Part shown: piece after piece, positions 8,462-17,827 of the stretch
Numbering within the stretch: the stretch's first letter is position 1
How the letters are laid out: every line of letters begins with the position of its first letter
NCBI GenBank assembly: GCA_963734275.1
Contig: CAVTGO010000013.1
Coordinates: forward strand, 487,708-551,707
Direction of reading: 5' to 3'
DNA length: 64,000 nt
Origin: an uncultured Actinomycetes bacterium
GTDB lineage: Bacteria; Actinomycetota; UBA4738; HRBIN12
The notes under the pieces: model-generated
Seen by the model: the letters and a program-made list of their open reading frames with translations, nothing else
The model's database searches: none
Told to the model about the DNA's origin: nothing
Made by a program: the position numbers and the translations under genes

Positions 8462-9829
8462 CTACGGGCGTGACCGGTGCGCGAGGAATTCCAGGAAATC
8501 GCTGCGCGTGAGCACCCCGAGGGCCTGTCCGGCCTTGACGACCAGGACCGCGGGTCCGTGCTGGAGCGCCTCGAAGGCGACCTCCACCGGCTCGTCGAAT
8601 TCCACCATCGAGATGGGTGGCCCCATCACCTCGGCTATGTCGGCCTGCAGCGCGTCGGGGTCGCGGAAGATCCGGTCCAGCAAGGCGCTCTCGCGGATCG
8701 AGCCGACGAACTGGGCCACGTCCATCGACGTCTCGCGGACGACCGGCGCCTGCGAGATCGAGTATTCCTGGAGGACATCGATCGCCTGACGCACCTTGTC
8801 GCGGGCATTCACCGTGACGAGCGGTGGGACCTCGCCGTGTCGAGCCGACAGGACCTCCTCGACGCGCACCACCTCGGGGCGCTCCATCAGCCCGTACTGG
8901 AGCAGCCACGTATCGGAGTAGACCTTCGACAGGTAGTTGCGGCCGGTGTCGGGTAGGAGCACGACGACGACCTTGGACTCGTCCAGGTCTTGCGCTACCT
9001 CGAGGGCCGCGACGACGGCGGTGCCCGAGGAGCTCCCGACCAAGATCCCCTCCTCGCGGGTGATGCGTCGCGCCATCCGGAACGCGTCGCGGTCGGAGAC
9101 CCGCACGTACCGATCGACGAGCGACGGGTCGAACGTGGCCGGCCAGAAGTCCTCGCCGATGCCCTCGGTGAGGTAGGGGTGGACGTCGCCCGAGTAGAGC
9201 GAGCCTTCCGGGTCGGCTCCGACGACGAGCATGTCCGGATCTTGCTCCTTCAGGTACCGGGCGGTGCCGGTGATCGTTCCGCCGGTCCCGACGCCCACCA
9301 CGAGCGCGTCCACATTCCCGTCGGTCTGTCGCCAGATCTCGGGGCCGGTCGTCTGGTAATGGGCCGCGGGGTTCTCGGGATTGAAGTACTGGTTCGGCTG
9401 GAACGCGCCCGGGATCTCCTCGGTGAGCCGGTCGGCGACCCGGTAGTACGACTCGGGCGACTCGGGGGCGACCGCGGTCGGGGTGATCACGACCTCGGCG
9501 CCGTAAGCCCGTAGCAGCGAGATCTTCTCCTGGCTCATCTTGTCCGGCATCACGAAGATGCACTTGTAGCCGCGGATCGCCGCCGCGATCGCGAGTCCGT
9601 GGCCTGTGTTGCCAGACGTCGGCTCCACGATCGTCCCCCCGGGACGGAGCAGCCCCTCGCGCTCCGCGGCCTCGATCATCCGAAGGCCGATCCGGTCCTT
9701 GACGCTGCCGCCGGGGTTCAGCATCTCGAGCTTGGCGAGGACGGCGGGCCGGACCCCTCGCGTGACCTTGTGGAGGCGGACGAGCGGGGTGTCGCCCACC
9801 GCGTCCAGGAACGAGTCGAGCACCTCCAC
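8462..9829 (-). CDS. cbs: cystathionine beta-synthase (PLP domain plus tandem CBS domains)
   Basis: ORF 8462..9829. 'LNPGGSVKDRIGLRMIEAAE...TSGNTGHGLAIAAAIRGYKCIFVMP' and 'GVGTGGTITG' are recognisable, with a C-terminal CBS pair. Confidence 0.9.
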   Translation of the reverse strand: MEVLDSFLDAVGDTPLVRLHKVTRGVRPAVLAKLEMLNPGGSVKDRIGLRMIEAAEREGLLRPGGTIVEPTSGNTGHGLAIAAAIRGYKCIFVMPDKMSQEKISLLRAYGAEVVITPTAVAPESPESYYRVADRLTEEIPGAFQPNQYFNPENPAAHYQTTGPEIWRQTDGNVDALVVGVGTGGTITGTARYLKEQDPDMLVVGADPEGSLYSGDVHPYLTEGIGEDFWPATFDPSLVDRYVRVSDRDAFRMARRITREEGILVGSSSGTAVVAALEVAQDLDESKVVVVLLPDTGRNYLSKVYSDTWLLQYGLMERPEVVRVEEVLSARHGEVPPLVTVNARDKVRQAIDVLQEYSISQAPVVRETSMDVAQFVGSIRESALLDRIFRDPDALQADIAEVMGPPISMVEFDEPVEVAFEALQHGPAVLVVKAGQALGVLTRSDFLEFLAHRSRP

Positions 9830-9963
9830 GCGCGTCCTCTCCCCCGAACCACGATCCTCCGGCCGGCCCGTCGGTCCGGCGGGTCCCTATCGTCCCACGA
9901 ACCGTGGTGCCTGCGGTGCTCCAGCGGCTTGAGTACCGGGGGTATCCTGCCGATTCCCAACCC

Positions 9964-10956
9964 ATGGAAGCGGAGCTCCTGCCTATGTCGAGCGACGAGC
10001 CCAGCGCGCCGGCCCCAGAGGCGGCGATCGGCGGGACGGTCCTGGTCGTCGACGACGACCCGTTCATCGCCCGCCTGCTCGAGATCGAGCTGCGCGCGGC
10101 CGGGTTCGACGTCCGCGTGGCAGGGGACGGGGAGCGGGCGATGGAGCTCGCGCGGGAGTCCTGCCCGGAGCTGGTCCTCGCCGACGTGATGATGCCGAAC
10201 ATGGACGGCTTCGAGCTCACGAAGCAGCTCCGGCAGGACAGCCGGACGGCCACGGCCAGCGTGATCATGCTCACCGCCCGCGGTCTGTCCGCCGACAAGC
10301 TCGAGGGCTTCTCCGTGGGGGCGGACGACTACATCGTGAAGCCCTTCGACACACCCGAGCTGCTCGCGCGGATCCGGGGAGTGATGCGCAGGGCCAAGGA
10401 GAGGCGCCAGCAGTCGCCGCTCACGGGTCTCCCTGGAAACGTGCGCATCGAGGACGAGATCGAGGGGCGTGTGCGGTCACCGCATGGGTTCGCCCTCCTG
10501 TACGCGGACCTGGACAACTTCAAGGCCTACAACGACCACTACGGCTTCATGCGCGGCGACGAGGTGATTCAGGCCTCCGCGCGGCTCATCCAGGACGTCG
10601 CGAGCGAGGCGGCGGGCCCCGGTGCATTCGTGGGGCACGTCGGAGGCGACGATTTCGTCGTCGTGTGCGGACCGGACGACGCCGAGCACGTCGCCGAGCT
10701 GCTCGTGGAGCGGTTCGACGGGGCCGTCGGCGACCTGTACGACGCTGCGGATCGCGAGGCCGGGTCGATCACCGTGGTGGACCGGCGCGGCGAGGAGCAG
10801 AAATTCCCGTTCCTCGCGATCTCGATCGGGATCGCCACGACCGAGCGCAGGAACTTCGGCCACTACGCGGAGGCGGTGGCGGTCGCGACGGAGATGAAGT
10901 CGTTCACCAAGTCCACGCCCGGCTCCTCGTGGGCGGTGGACCGCCGGACGACCTAG
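9964..10956 (+). CDS. response regulator: receiver plus GGDEF-type domain (motif reads GGDDF)
   Basis: ATG 9964 lies in ORF 9904..10956. REC signature ('VLVVDDDPFI...ADVMMPNMDG...ADDYIVKPF'). GGDEF-like domain ('PLTGLPGN...YADLDNFKAYND...HVGGDDFVVV'). Confidence 0.85.
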   Translation: MEAELLPMSSDEPSAPAPEAAIGGTVLVVDDDPFIARLLEIELRAAGFDVRVAGDGERAMELARESCPELVLADVMMPNMDGFELTKQLRQDSRTATASVIMLTARGLSADKLEGFSVGADDYIVKPFDTPELLARIRGVMRRAKERRQQSPLTGLPGNVRIEDEIEGRVRSPHGFALLYADLDNFKAYNDHYGFMRGDEVIQASARLIQDVASEAAGPGAFVGHVGGDDFVVVCGPDDAEHVAELLVERFDGAVGDLYDAADREAGSITVVDRRGEEQKFPFLAISIGIATTERRNFGHYAEAVAVATEMKSFTKSTPGSSWAVDRRTT

Positions 10957-12122
10957 CCGTCCGGGAGCGCCGCCGGATGGCCCAGGTAGAACCCCTGCCC
11001 GAACCGTACGCCGAGCTCCCGGAGCGTCTCGTGCTCCTGGAGGGTTTCGATGCCCTCGGCCACGACGGTCATGCCCATCTCGTCGCCGAACGTGATCAGC
11101 GCCGAGGAGATGGCTCGGCGTTTGGCATCCGAGTCGATGTTCCGGGTGAGGCTCACGTCGATCTTGATGATCTCGGGGTCGATCAGGAGGATGTGACGCA
11201 GGCTCGCGAACCCGGCGCCGGCGTCGTCGATGGCGATGCGCGAGCCCCGTTCCCGGACGCGGCCGAGGGCGCGGGACAGCGCGTCGTAGTCGTCGACGGC
11301 CTCGTGCTCGGTGATCTCGATCACCACCCGTGAGGCATCCACGGCGTCGAGCTCGTCGAGCAGCGCATTCGACTCGGCGGTCCGGCGCGAGGCGTTGATG
11401 GAGAGGTAGGTGCCGCGCGGCAGCCGGGCGAGATCCGCGAGCGCCACCCGATCGCACGCGAGCTCGAGGTCCGGGCCGAGACCCACCTCCGCCGCCTCGG
11501 CGAACCACCGGTCCGGGGGCAGGATCGGCTCGGTGGCGAAGCGTGCGAGCGCCTCCATCCCCACGACGGCGTGTCCGTCGAGCTCCATGATCGGCTGGTA
11601 GACGTTCGTGCGGCCGTGGCCCTCGATCGCGCGCGAGATCCGCTCGATGCGGTCGCGTCGTTCGCTGGTCGCGAGCTCGTCCCGATGCAGCTGCTCGGAG
11701 AGGTCGCTCACCATCCCGGACATCACCTCGGGCGACAGGCTCGTCTGGCCGCGGGCGGCGCGTCGGATCGCCCCCAGGATCTCGGCCGGCGGCGTTCCCT
11801 TCACGAGGTAGCCGACGGCCCCTCCGTTCAGCAACCGAACCACCGTGGCGCGGTCGTCGACCGCCGTGTGCGCGATCACGCGCACCTCCGGGAGGCGGTC
11901 GCGGAGCTCCTCGGCGACCCGGAGCCCGCCGCCGTTCGGCATCCGGACGTCCACGAGCGCGACGTCGGGCCGGCTCTGCTCGGCCAGGCTGATCGCCTCG
12001 CTCGCGTCCCGGGCCGAGCCCACGAGCTCGAAGTCGCCGTCCGAGCCGATCAGATCGGCCAGCGCCTCGAGCAGCACGGGCTCGTCGTCGGCCACGAGGA
12101 CGCGGATCGGGGGAGCGGCCAT
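10953..12122 (-). CDS. response regulator: receiver plus EAL domain
   Basis: ORF 10953..12122. REC ('[10 protein letters not shown]...[10 protein letters not shown]'). EAL domain ('YQPIMELD...GMEALARF...[10 protein letters not shown]...[13 protein letters not shown]...IKIDVSL...VAEGIET...GQGFYLG'). Confidence 0.85.
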   Translation of the reverse strand: MAAPPIRVLVADDEPVLLEALADLIGSDGDFELVGSARDASEAISLAEQSRPDVALVDVRMPNGGGLRVAEELRDRLPEVRVIAHTAVDDRATVVRLLNGGAVGYLVKGTPPAEILGAIRRAARGQTSLSPEVMSGMVSDLSEQLHRDELATSERRDRIERISRAIEGHGRTNVYQPIMELDGHAVVGMEALARFATEPILPPDRWFAEAAEVGLGPDLELACDRVALADLARLPRGTYLSINASRRTAESNALLDELDAVDASRVVIEITEHEAVDDYDALSRALGRVRERGSRIAIDDAGAGFASLRHILLIDPEIIKIDVSLTRNIDSDAKRRAISSALITFGDEMGMTVVAEGIETLQEHETLRELGVRFGQGFYLGHPAALPDG

Positions 12123-12194
12123 CGGGCGGACGGTAGCTCCCGGTCCGCACCGGCGGCAACCGGCGCGCCTATCATCGGGCCGGAGGTGAGGCCG

Positions 12195-12825
12195 ATGAGC
12201 GCGCGCGAGGTCCGCGCCCCACGCGGTCCCGAGCTGAGCTGCCGGTCCTGGCCGCAGGAGGCCGCCCTGCGGATGCTCATGAACAACCTCGACCCCGACG
12301 TCGCGGAGCGGCCCGAGGACCTCGTCGTGTACGGGGGCACCGGACGCGCGGCGCGGTCATGGGAGGCCTACGACGCGATCGTCGCGACGCTGCGCGGGCT
12401 CGCCGACGACGAAACGCTCCTCGTGCAGTCGGGCAAGCCCGTCGCCGTGTTCCGGACGCACGAGATGGCGCCGCGCGTCCTGATCTCCAATTCGATGTTG
12501 GTGCCCAAGTGGGCCGACTGGGACACCTTCCGCGAGCTCGAGCAGGCGGGCCTCACGATGTACGGCCAGATGACGGCCGGCTCGTGGATCTACATCGGCA
12601 CGCAGGGGATCCTCCAGGGCACGTACGAGACGTTCGCGGAGGCGGCGAGCCAGCGCTTCGGCGGGACGCTGGCAGGGACGATCACGCTGACGGGCGGGCT
12701 CGGCGGGATGGGGGGCGCGCAGCCGCTCGCGGTCACGATGAACGACGGGGTCGCGCTGTGCGTCGACGTGGACCCCTCGCGCATCGAGCGCCGGGTCAAG
12801 ACCCGGTACATCGACCGCGAGGAAC
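12195..12825 (+). pseudogene. hutU: urocanate hydratase, 5' fragment only (about 210 of ~550 codons)
   Basis: ATG 12195 lies in ORF 11571..13319. '[42 protein letters not shown]...[17 protein letters not shown]...[18 protein letters not shown]' is HutU. After ~12825 the frame translates to low-complexity nonsense. Confidence 0.8.
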
Positions 12826-13439
12826 AGGGGCACCACGAGCGCCGGCCCACGGCGCGGCTTGAAGCCAGCGTGCGCACACCGGATGCACAGATATGCGAGC
12901 GGCGGATAACTCGCGTAAACGCTCGCTTCGAGCAGACGCCCATTCAGCAAAAGGATCGGCACGACGAACGAAACGAGCGCGAGCACGTCGAGATTGCGCA
13001 TGGCGCGCAGCGGCAGACCGGCGGTGGCGAGCACGAACACGGCGAGGAGCAGCGCGAGCACGACCGGCCGCTGGGCGATCTCCCCTCCCACCCGCGCGCT
13101 GCCGGGGCGGTGAACGATCTGGCTGACGACTTGGCCCTCGGGCGAGACGGCGACCTCCAGCACGACGCGAGGACCATCGAAGAAGCTGACGCGAACGAGG
13201 CGGTCGTCGATCGGCGAGACCCGCTCGCGCGAGAACCCGGCGCCGGCCAGGTACTTGCGGATCGAGGCGTCGTCGAGCGCGACGCGCACGGCGCGGTCAT
13301 CCGCCAGCCGAGCGTCTGACCCGGAGCCGCTCCGGAGGACGCCGAGCACCGCGAGCGCGATCGCGAACACCACCACGGCGGCCAGTGCAGTGCGGGCGGG
13401 CGCGAACTCGAAGCGCGCGTGTCGGGTCGACACCGCCAC
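12815..13439 (-). pseudogene. polytopic membrane protein, N-terminal fragment (3' end lost)
   Basis: ORF 12357..13439. The N-terminal ~205 aa are plausible (TM helices 'ALAAVVVFAIALAVLGVL','[17 protein letters not shown]','[14 protein letters not shown]'). Beyond ~12815 the frame is simply antisense to hutU coding sequence. Confidence 0.5.
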
Positions 13440-13532
13440 GCCCGCGAGTGTCGCAGCGGCGGCGGCGGTTAACGACGGCGGGCACCCGAAGGTGCCCGCC
13501 GGTCCTCAACTATCGGGAGCAGAGCCCGCGCA

Positions 13533-13898
13533 CTAAGCGCGGTCGCGTCCCACGACCTCTTCGTTGTCCGATCGCTGGTCGCGATCGTCGTCGGCGTCGG
13601 GATCGATCTCTCGAGCCTTCGCTTCGTGCTCCTCGGCGACCGCCTGCTCCTGGCGCGCACGCACGGAGCGCTCTTCAGCCTCCGCCGCCTCCCGCCTCGC
13701 AGCCGCGGACTGCTCGTCGGCCGTGGCGCGCTCGCGCTCCGCACGGGCGCCGCTGATGCGGGCCTGGTCGCGGTGCTCGTCGCGCTCGACGCGACGCTGC
13801 TCGATCCGACGTACCTGTTGGCGCTTCGAAACCAGCGCGATCAGGGCGATCACGATGATCGCGGCGACCACGATGGCGATGATTGCACCAGCACTCAT
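13533..13898 (-). CDS. membrane-anchored, highly charged (coiled-coil-like) protein
   Basis: ORF 13533..13898, preceded by GAGAGGAGAATCA-ATG. N-terminal TM 'GAIIAIVVAAIIVIALIALV', followed by an Arg/Glu/Ala-rich region. Confidence 0.65.
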   Translation of the reverse strand: MSAGAIIAIVVAAIIVIALIALVSKRQQVRRIEQRRVERDEHRDQARISGARAERERATADEQSAAARREAAEAEERSVRARQEQAVAEEHEAKAREIDPDADDDRDQRSDNEEVVGRDRA

Positions 13899-13998
13899 TG
13901 ATTCTCCTCTCTCGACTTGCGAGAAGGTGATACCCGCTGTCCCGAGCGGGAAAAGGGAAATCTCGTGGCAAACGTGACTAGCACCTAGTGCAAGTCGT

Positions 13999-14919
13999 CT
14001 AGTGCCAGTCGATCGGGCCGGCCGTGAGGAGATGTCCGGTCAACGGCCGTCCCAGCACCTCCTGCACCGCGCGGGCGCAGCCGAGCAGGCGGCCGAGGTC
14101 GATGCCGGTTTCGATTCCCATCTCGTGCAGCATCGAGATCAGGTCCTCGGTCGCGATGTTGCCGGTGGCTCCCTTCGGCACCGGACAGCCCCCCAACTCG
14201 CCGAACGAGCTCTCGAACGACGAGACGCCCGACCCCAGCGCGGCGAGCACGTTCGCCAGCCCCTGGCCGCGGGTGTTGTGGAAGTGTGCCGTCAGCTCGA
14301 CCCCATCGAGGCGATTGCCGGCGAGCTCGAAGAATTCGCGCACCTGCACCGGGTTCGCCATGCCGGTGGTGTCGCCGAACGCGACCTCCTCGCACCCCGC
14401 GGCCGCGAGCCGCTGCGCGATCCCCAGCACCCGCTCGACCGGAACCTCGCCCTCGTACGGACAGCCGAACGAGACCGAGATCACGCCTTCGCACCGCAGG
14501 CCCTCCTCACGTGCACGGGCGACCACTCGCTCGAGCCCGGTGAGCGACTCCTCCACCGAACGGTTCACGTTCTTGTGGTTGTGCGTCTCGCTCGCCGACA
14601 GAAACAGGTTGACCTCGTCGAAGAGGCGCGTGCCGGCCTCTTCCATCAGGGCCAGTCCACGCTCGAGCCCGCGCTCGTTCGGGATCAGGACCGTGTAGGA
14701 GACGTCTTCCGCGCGCGTGATCGAGCGCAGCACCGCCTCCGCGTCGGAGAGCTGTGGAATCACGTCGGGCCGCACGAACGAGGTCACCTCGAGCCGCCGC
14801 ACACCCGTTTCCGACAGGCAATCGATCAGGCGGACCTTGTCGTCGGTCGCGATCACCTCGGGCTCGTTCTGGAACCCGTCGCGGGGACCGACCTCGCGGA
14901 TGCGGACTGTCGCTGGCAG
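13999..14919 (-). CDS. hydroxymethylglutaryl-CoA lyase
   Basis: ORF 13999..14856 plus an in-frame upstream extension encoding 'VRIREVGPRDGFQNEPE'. 'HFHNTRGQGLANVLAAL' is also recognisable. The only start candidates that include the conserved N-terminus are CTG 14919 and ATC 14928. Confidence 0.85.
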   Translation of the reverse strand: MPATVRIREVGPRDGFQNEPEVIATDDKVRLIDCLSETGVRRLEVTSFVRPDVIPQLSDAEAVLRSITRAEDVSYTVLIPNERGLERGLALMEEAGTRLFDEVNLFLSASETHNHKNVNRSVEESLTGLERVVARAREEGLRCEGVISVSFGCPYEGEVPVERVLGIAQRLAAAGCEEVAFGDTTGMANPVQVREFFELAGNRLDGVELTAHFHNTRGQGLANVLAALGSGVSSFESSFGELGGCPVPKGATGNIATEDLISMLHEMGIETGIDLGRLLGCARAVQEVLGRPLTGHLLTAGPIDWH

Positions 14920-14931
14920 AGAGGCGATGAC

Positions 14932-15682
14932 CTAAATCATCGCAAGCCCGCCGCTCACGCCCAGCGCCTGGCCGGTCACGTACGAGGCATCGTCCGAGCA
15001 TAGGAACGCGATCACCGCCGCCACCTCTTCCGGCGCCCCCATGCGGCGAAGCACAGTCGAGCCCACCATCACGTCGACCACCTTGCGCCCGAGATCGCCG
15101 AGCTGCTTCGGCGCGCTGTTCAGCAACGGGGTGTCGATCGGCCCGGGTGCGACCGCGTTGCTCAGAACGCCGTAGCGGCCGGCTTCGCGTGCCACCGCCT
15201 TCGTGAAGCCGATCACGCCGCCCTTGGCGGCCGAGTACGCCGCCGAGCCGTTCGACCCCACGCGACCCGCCTCCGAGGCGACGTTGACGATCCGCCCACC
15301 ACGCTGCTCGATCATCCCGGGCAGAAGCGCGTGCGTGACTCGCAGCACGCCGACGCAGGTTCACGTCGAGCACCCTTTGCCAGAGAGCCTCGTCCGTGTT
15401 CTGGAAGAAGCCGAACTCATCCGTGCCCGCGTTGTTGACGAGCACCGTGGGAAATCCGAGCGCATCCTTCACCGCGGCGACCGCCGCCCCCACGGAGGCG
15501 GTGTCGGTCACGTCCATGTCGAAGGCCTCGGCGTCGATCTCCGCTGCGACCTCGCGCGCCCGCTCCAGGTTCAGGTCGCAGACAGCCACGCGCGCACCCT
15601 CGGCGGCCAGCCGGCGCGCGGTCGCGGCGCCGATGCCGCTGGCGCCGCCGGTCACGAGTGCTGTGCGTCCCTCCAGCCTCAT
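14932..15682 (-). pseudogene. SDR-family oxidoreductase (FabG-like), frame interrupted near 15350
   Basis: The N-terminal part is in the frame of ORF 14507..15682 ('RTALVTGGASGIGAATA...VLVNNAG...VLDVNL'). The C-terminal part is ORF 14932..15348 ('IVNVASEAG...YSAAKGGVIGFTK...PGPIDTP'). Removing one base near 15350 restores 'VNLRGVLRVTHALLPGM'. Confidence 0.8.
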
Positions 15683-15725
15683 CCGGAAGCGCAGCCTATA
15701 GCGCGCGCGTGACCGGACTCACGCA

Positions 15726-17099
15726 ATGGGCCGCTCCCCGTTGGGTAGATTGCCGTACATGAGCTTGCCTCCAGGACCACGCACGCCCGCCGCGGCCCAG
15801 ATGGCGGAGTGGGTCCTGCGGCCGGTGCCCTTCATCGAGCGCTGCCGGGCGCGCTACGGCGACTTCTTCACGGTCAAGTTCGTGATGGGCCCGGTGGTCT
15901 GGATCTGCGACCCGGACGTGATCAAGCGCGTCTTCACGGGTGACCCGAACGTCCTGCACGCCGGCGAGGGGAACGCTCCGCCGCTCGAGCCGATCATGGG
16001 CCCGAACTCGGTGCTGCTGCTCGACGAGCCTGAGCACATGCGCCAGCGAAAGCTGATGCTGCCGTCGTTCCACGGCGAGCGCATGCAGAGCTACGGCGAG
16101 CTGATGCGCGAGATCACGGACAGCGACATCGACGGCTGGCCGGTCGGCTCCCCATTCCCGCTGCGCACGCGCACACAGGAGATCACGCTCGAGATCATCA
16201 TGCGGGCCGTCTTCGGCGTCGACGAAGGGGCGGGTCTTGGGAGGCTTCGCGAAGCGCTCAAGCCCCTCCTCGACATCGGCACGAACCAGCTCGCGATGGT
16301 CGCGATCGCGTTCCCCTTCATGCGCCGCACCGCGGGCAAGCCGATGTGGGACAAGTTCCTGCGGCTACGGGCCGAGGCCGACGAAGTGATCTTCGACGAG
16401 ATCGGGCGCCGCCGTGCGGACCCCACCACGCCCGACCGCGACGACGTGCTCTCGATCCTCCTCCAGGCACGCGACGAGCAGGGCGCCGCGCTCACCGATG
16501 CGGAGCTGCGCGACGAGCTGATGACCCTGCTGGTGGCCGGGCACGAGACCACCGCGACCTCGATCGCGTGGGCCTTCGACCTCCTGCTCCACAATCCCGA
16601 GAAGCTGGCGCGGCTGCAGGAAGAGCTCGCGGCCGGCAACGACGAGTACCTCGAGGCCGTGATCAAAGAGACGCTGCGGATCCGGCCGGTCGTGCCGGGC
16701 GTCGTCCGGAAGCTCACCGCGCCGCTCGAGCTGCGGGGTTACGAGCTGCCGGCCGGGACGCTGGTCGCACCGAACATCTACCTGACGCACATGAACCCGG
16801 CGGTGTATCCGGAACCCAAGCGGTTCGAGCCCGAGCGGTTCCTCGACAACGGCGCCGACACCTATTCCTGGATCCCGTTCGGGGGCGGCATCCGCCGCTG
16901 CCTCGGAGCGAGCTTCGCGATGTACGAGATGAGGATCGTGATTCCCACGATCCTGGAGCGGGTCGAGATCGAGGCGGCCGGGCCGGCCGAGCGGATCACG
17001 CGGCGCGCGATCACGTTCGCCCCGCATGCGGACGCCCGCGTGCTCGTCACCGAGAAGCGCCCGGCGCCTGCCACCCCGGCCGAGGCGGTCGCGGTCTGA
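15726..17099 (+). CDS. cytochrome P450
   Basis: ORF 15726..17099. 'AGHETTA', 'ETLRIRP' (ExxR) and heme loop 'FGGGIRRCLGASFA'. ATG 15759 ('MSLPPGP') is an alternative start. Confidence 0.9.
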   Translation: MGRSPLGRLPYMSLPPGPRTPAAAQMAEWVLRPVPFIERCRARYGDFFTVKFVMGPVVWICDPDVIKRVFTGDPNVLHAGEGNAPPLEPIMGPNSVLLLDEPEHMRQRKLMLPSFHGERMQSYGELMREITDSDIDGWPVGSPFPLRTRTQEITLEIIMRAVFGVDEGAGLGRLREALKPLLDIGTNQLAMVAIAFPFMRRTAGKPMWDKFLRLRAEADEVIFDEIGRRRADPTTPDRDDVLSILLQARDEQGAALTDAELRDELMTLLVAGHETTATSIAWAFDLLLHNPEKLARLQEELAAGNDEYLEAVIKETLRIRPVVPGVVRKLTAPLELRGYELPAGTLVAPNIYLTHMNPAVYPEPKRFEPERFLDNGADTYSWIPFGGGIRRCLGASFAMYEMRIVIPTILERVEIEAAGPAERITRRAITFAPHADARVLVTEKRPAPATPAEAVAV

Positions 17100-17123
17100 G
17101 AACCATCGTAGGCTTACCCGCTC

Positions 17124-17826
17124 GTGGCACGGCGCGAGCAGATAGCCCAGGCCAAGCAGACGGTCGCGATCATCGGCGGCACCGGCGCGCTCGGGTTCGG
17201 GCTCGCGGTGCGCTGGGCGATCGCGGGTGTGCCGATCGTGATCGGGTCGCGTGACGCAGGTCGTGCGGCCGAATCCGCTGAGAAGGTGAGCGAGCGCACG
17301 GGTGGCGGCGACGTCTCCGGCTACCAGAACGAGGAGGCGGCGGGACGGGCGAGCACCGTGCTGCTCTCGGTGCCGTTCCGGTCCCAGGCCGAGACCCTCA
17401 ACAACCTTCGCTACGCGCTCCAGCCGCAGACGACGCTGATCGACGCGACGGTTCCGCTCGCCGCCGCGATTGGCGGATGGGCGACGCGGTCGCTGGGCGT
17501 GTGGCAGGGCTCGGCGGCCCAGCAGGCGGCCGAGATGGCGCCCCGCGGCGTGACGATCGTCTCGGCCTTCCACAGCGTCAGCGCCACGGCGCTGGCGGAT
17601 CCCTCCCGGGACCTCGATGAGGACGTTCTGATCGCGGGCGACGACCGCGAAGTCGAAGGACGACGTGGCCGAGCTCGTGAGGCGGATTCCCGGCCTGCGG
17701 CCGGTCGACTGCGGCGACCTGGAGATGGCGCGCATCCTCGAGCAGCTCACGCCGCTGCTGATCTCGGTCAACAAGCGCCACAAGATCAAGCACTCCGGCG
17801 TCAGGCTGACCGGCCTCGACCAAGTA
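17124..17826 (+). pseudogene. npdG: NADPH-dependent F420 reductase (NpdG-like), frame-disrupted
   Basis: ORF 17124.. ('VAIIGGTGALGFGLAVRWA...') switches near 17650 into the frame of ORF 17665.. ('DDVAELVRRIPGLRPVDCGDLEMARILEQLTPLLISVNKRH'). The in-frame stop before cofD is also lost. Confidence 0.7.
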
Positions 17827-17827
17827 G

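Noticed and set aside
9830-9963. A SAM or other riboswitch in the leader of the cbs-DUF429-metB operon.
   Set aside because: Only a short hairpin (ccacg-gtt-cgtgg) is visible. I could not recognise SAM-I, SAM-IV or other conserved cores. The region is also the divergent promoter of the GGDEF regulator. An Rfam scan would settle it.
13933-13950. The hairpin cccgct-gtcccg-agcggg as a rho-independent terminator after HMG-CoA lyase.
   Set aside because: The stem is only 6 bp and no U-run follows on either strand. It could equally be part of the promoter or leader of the downstream small gene.
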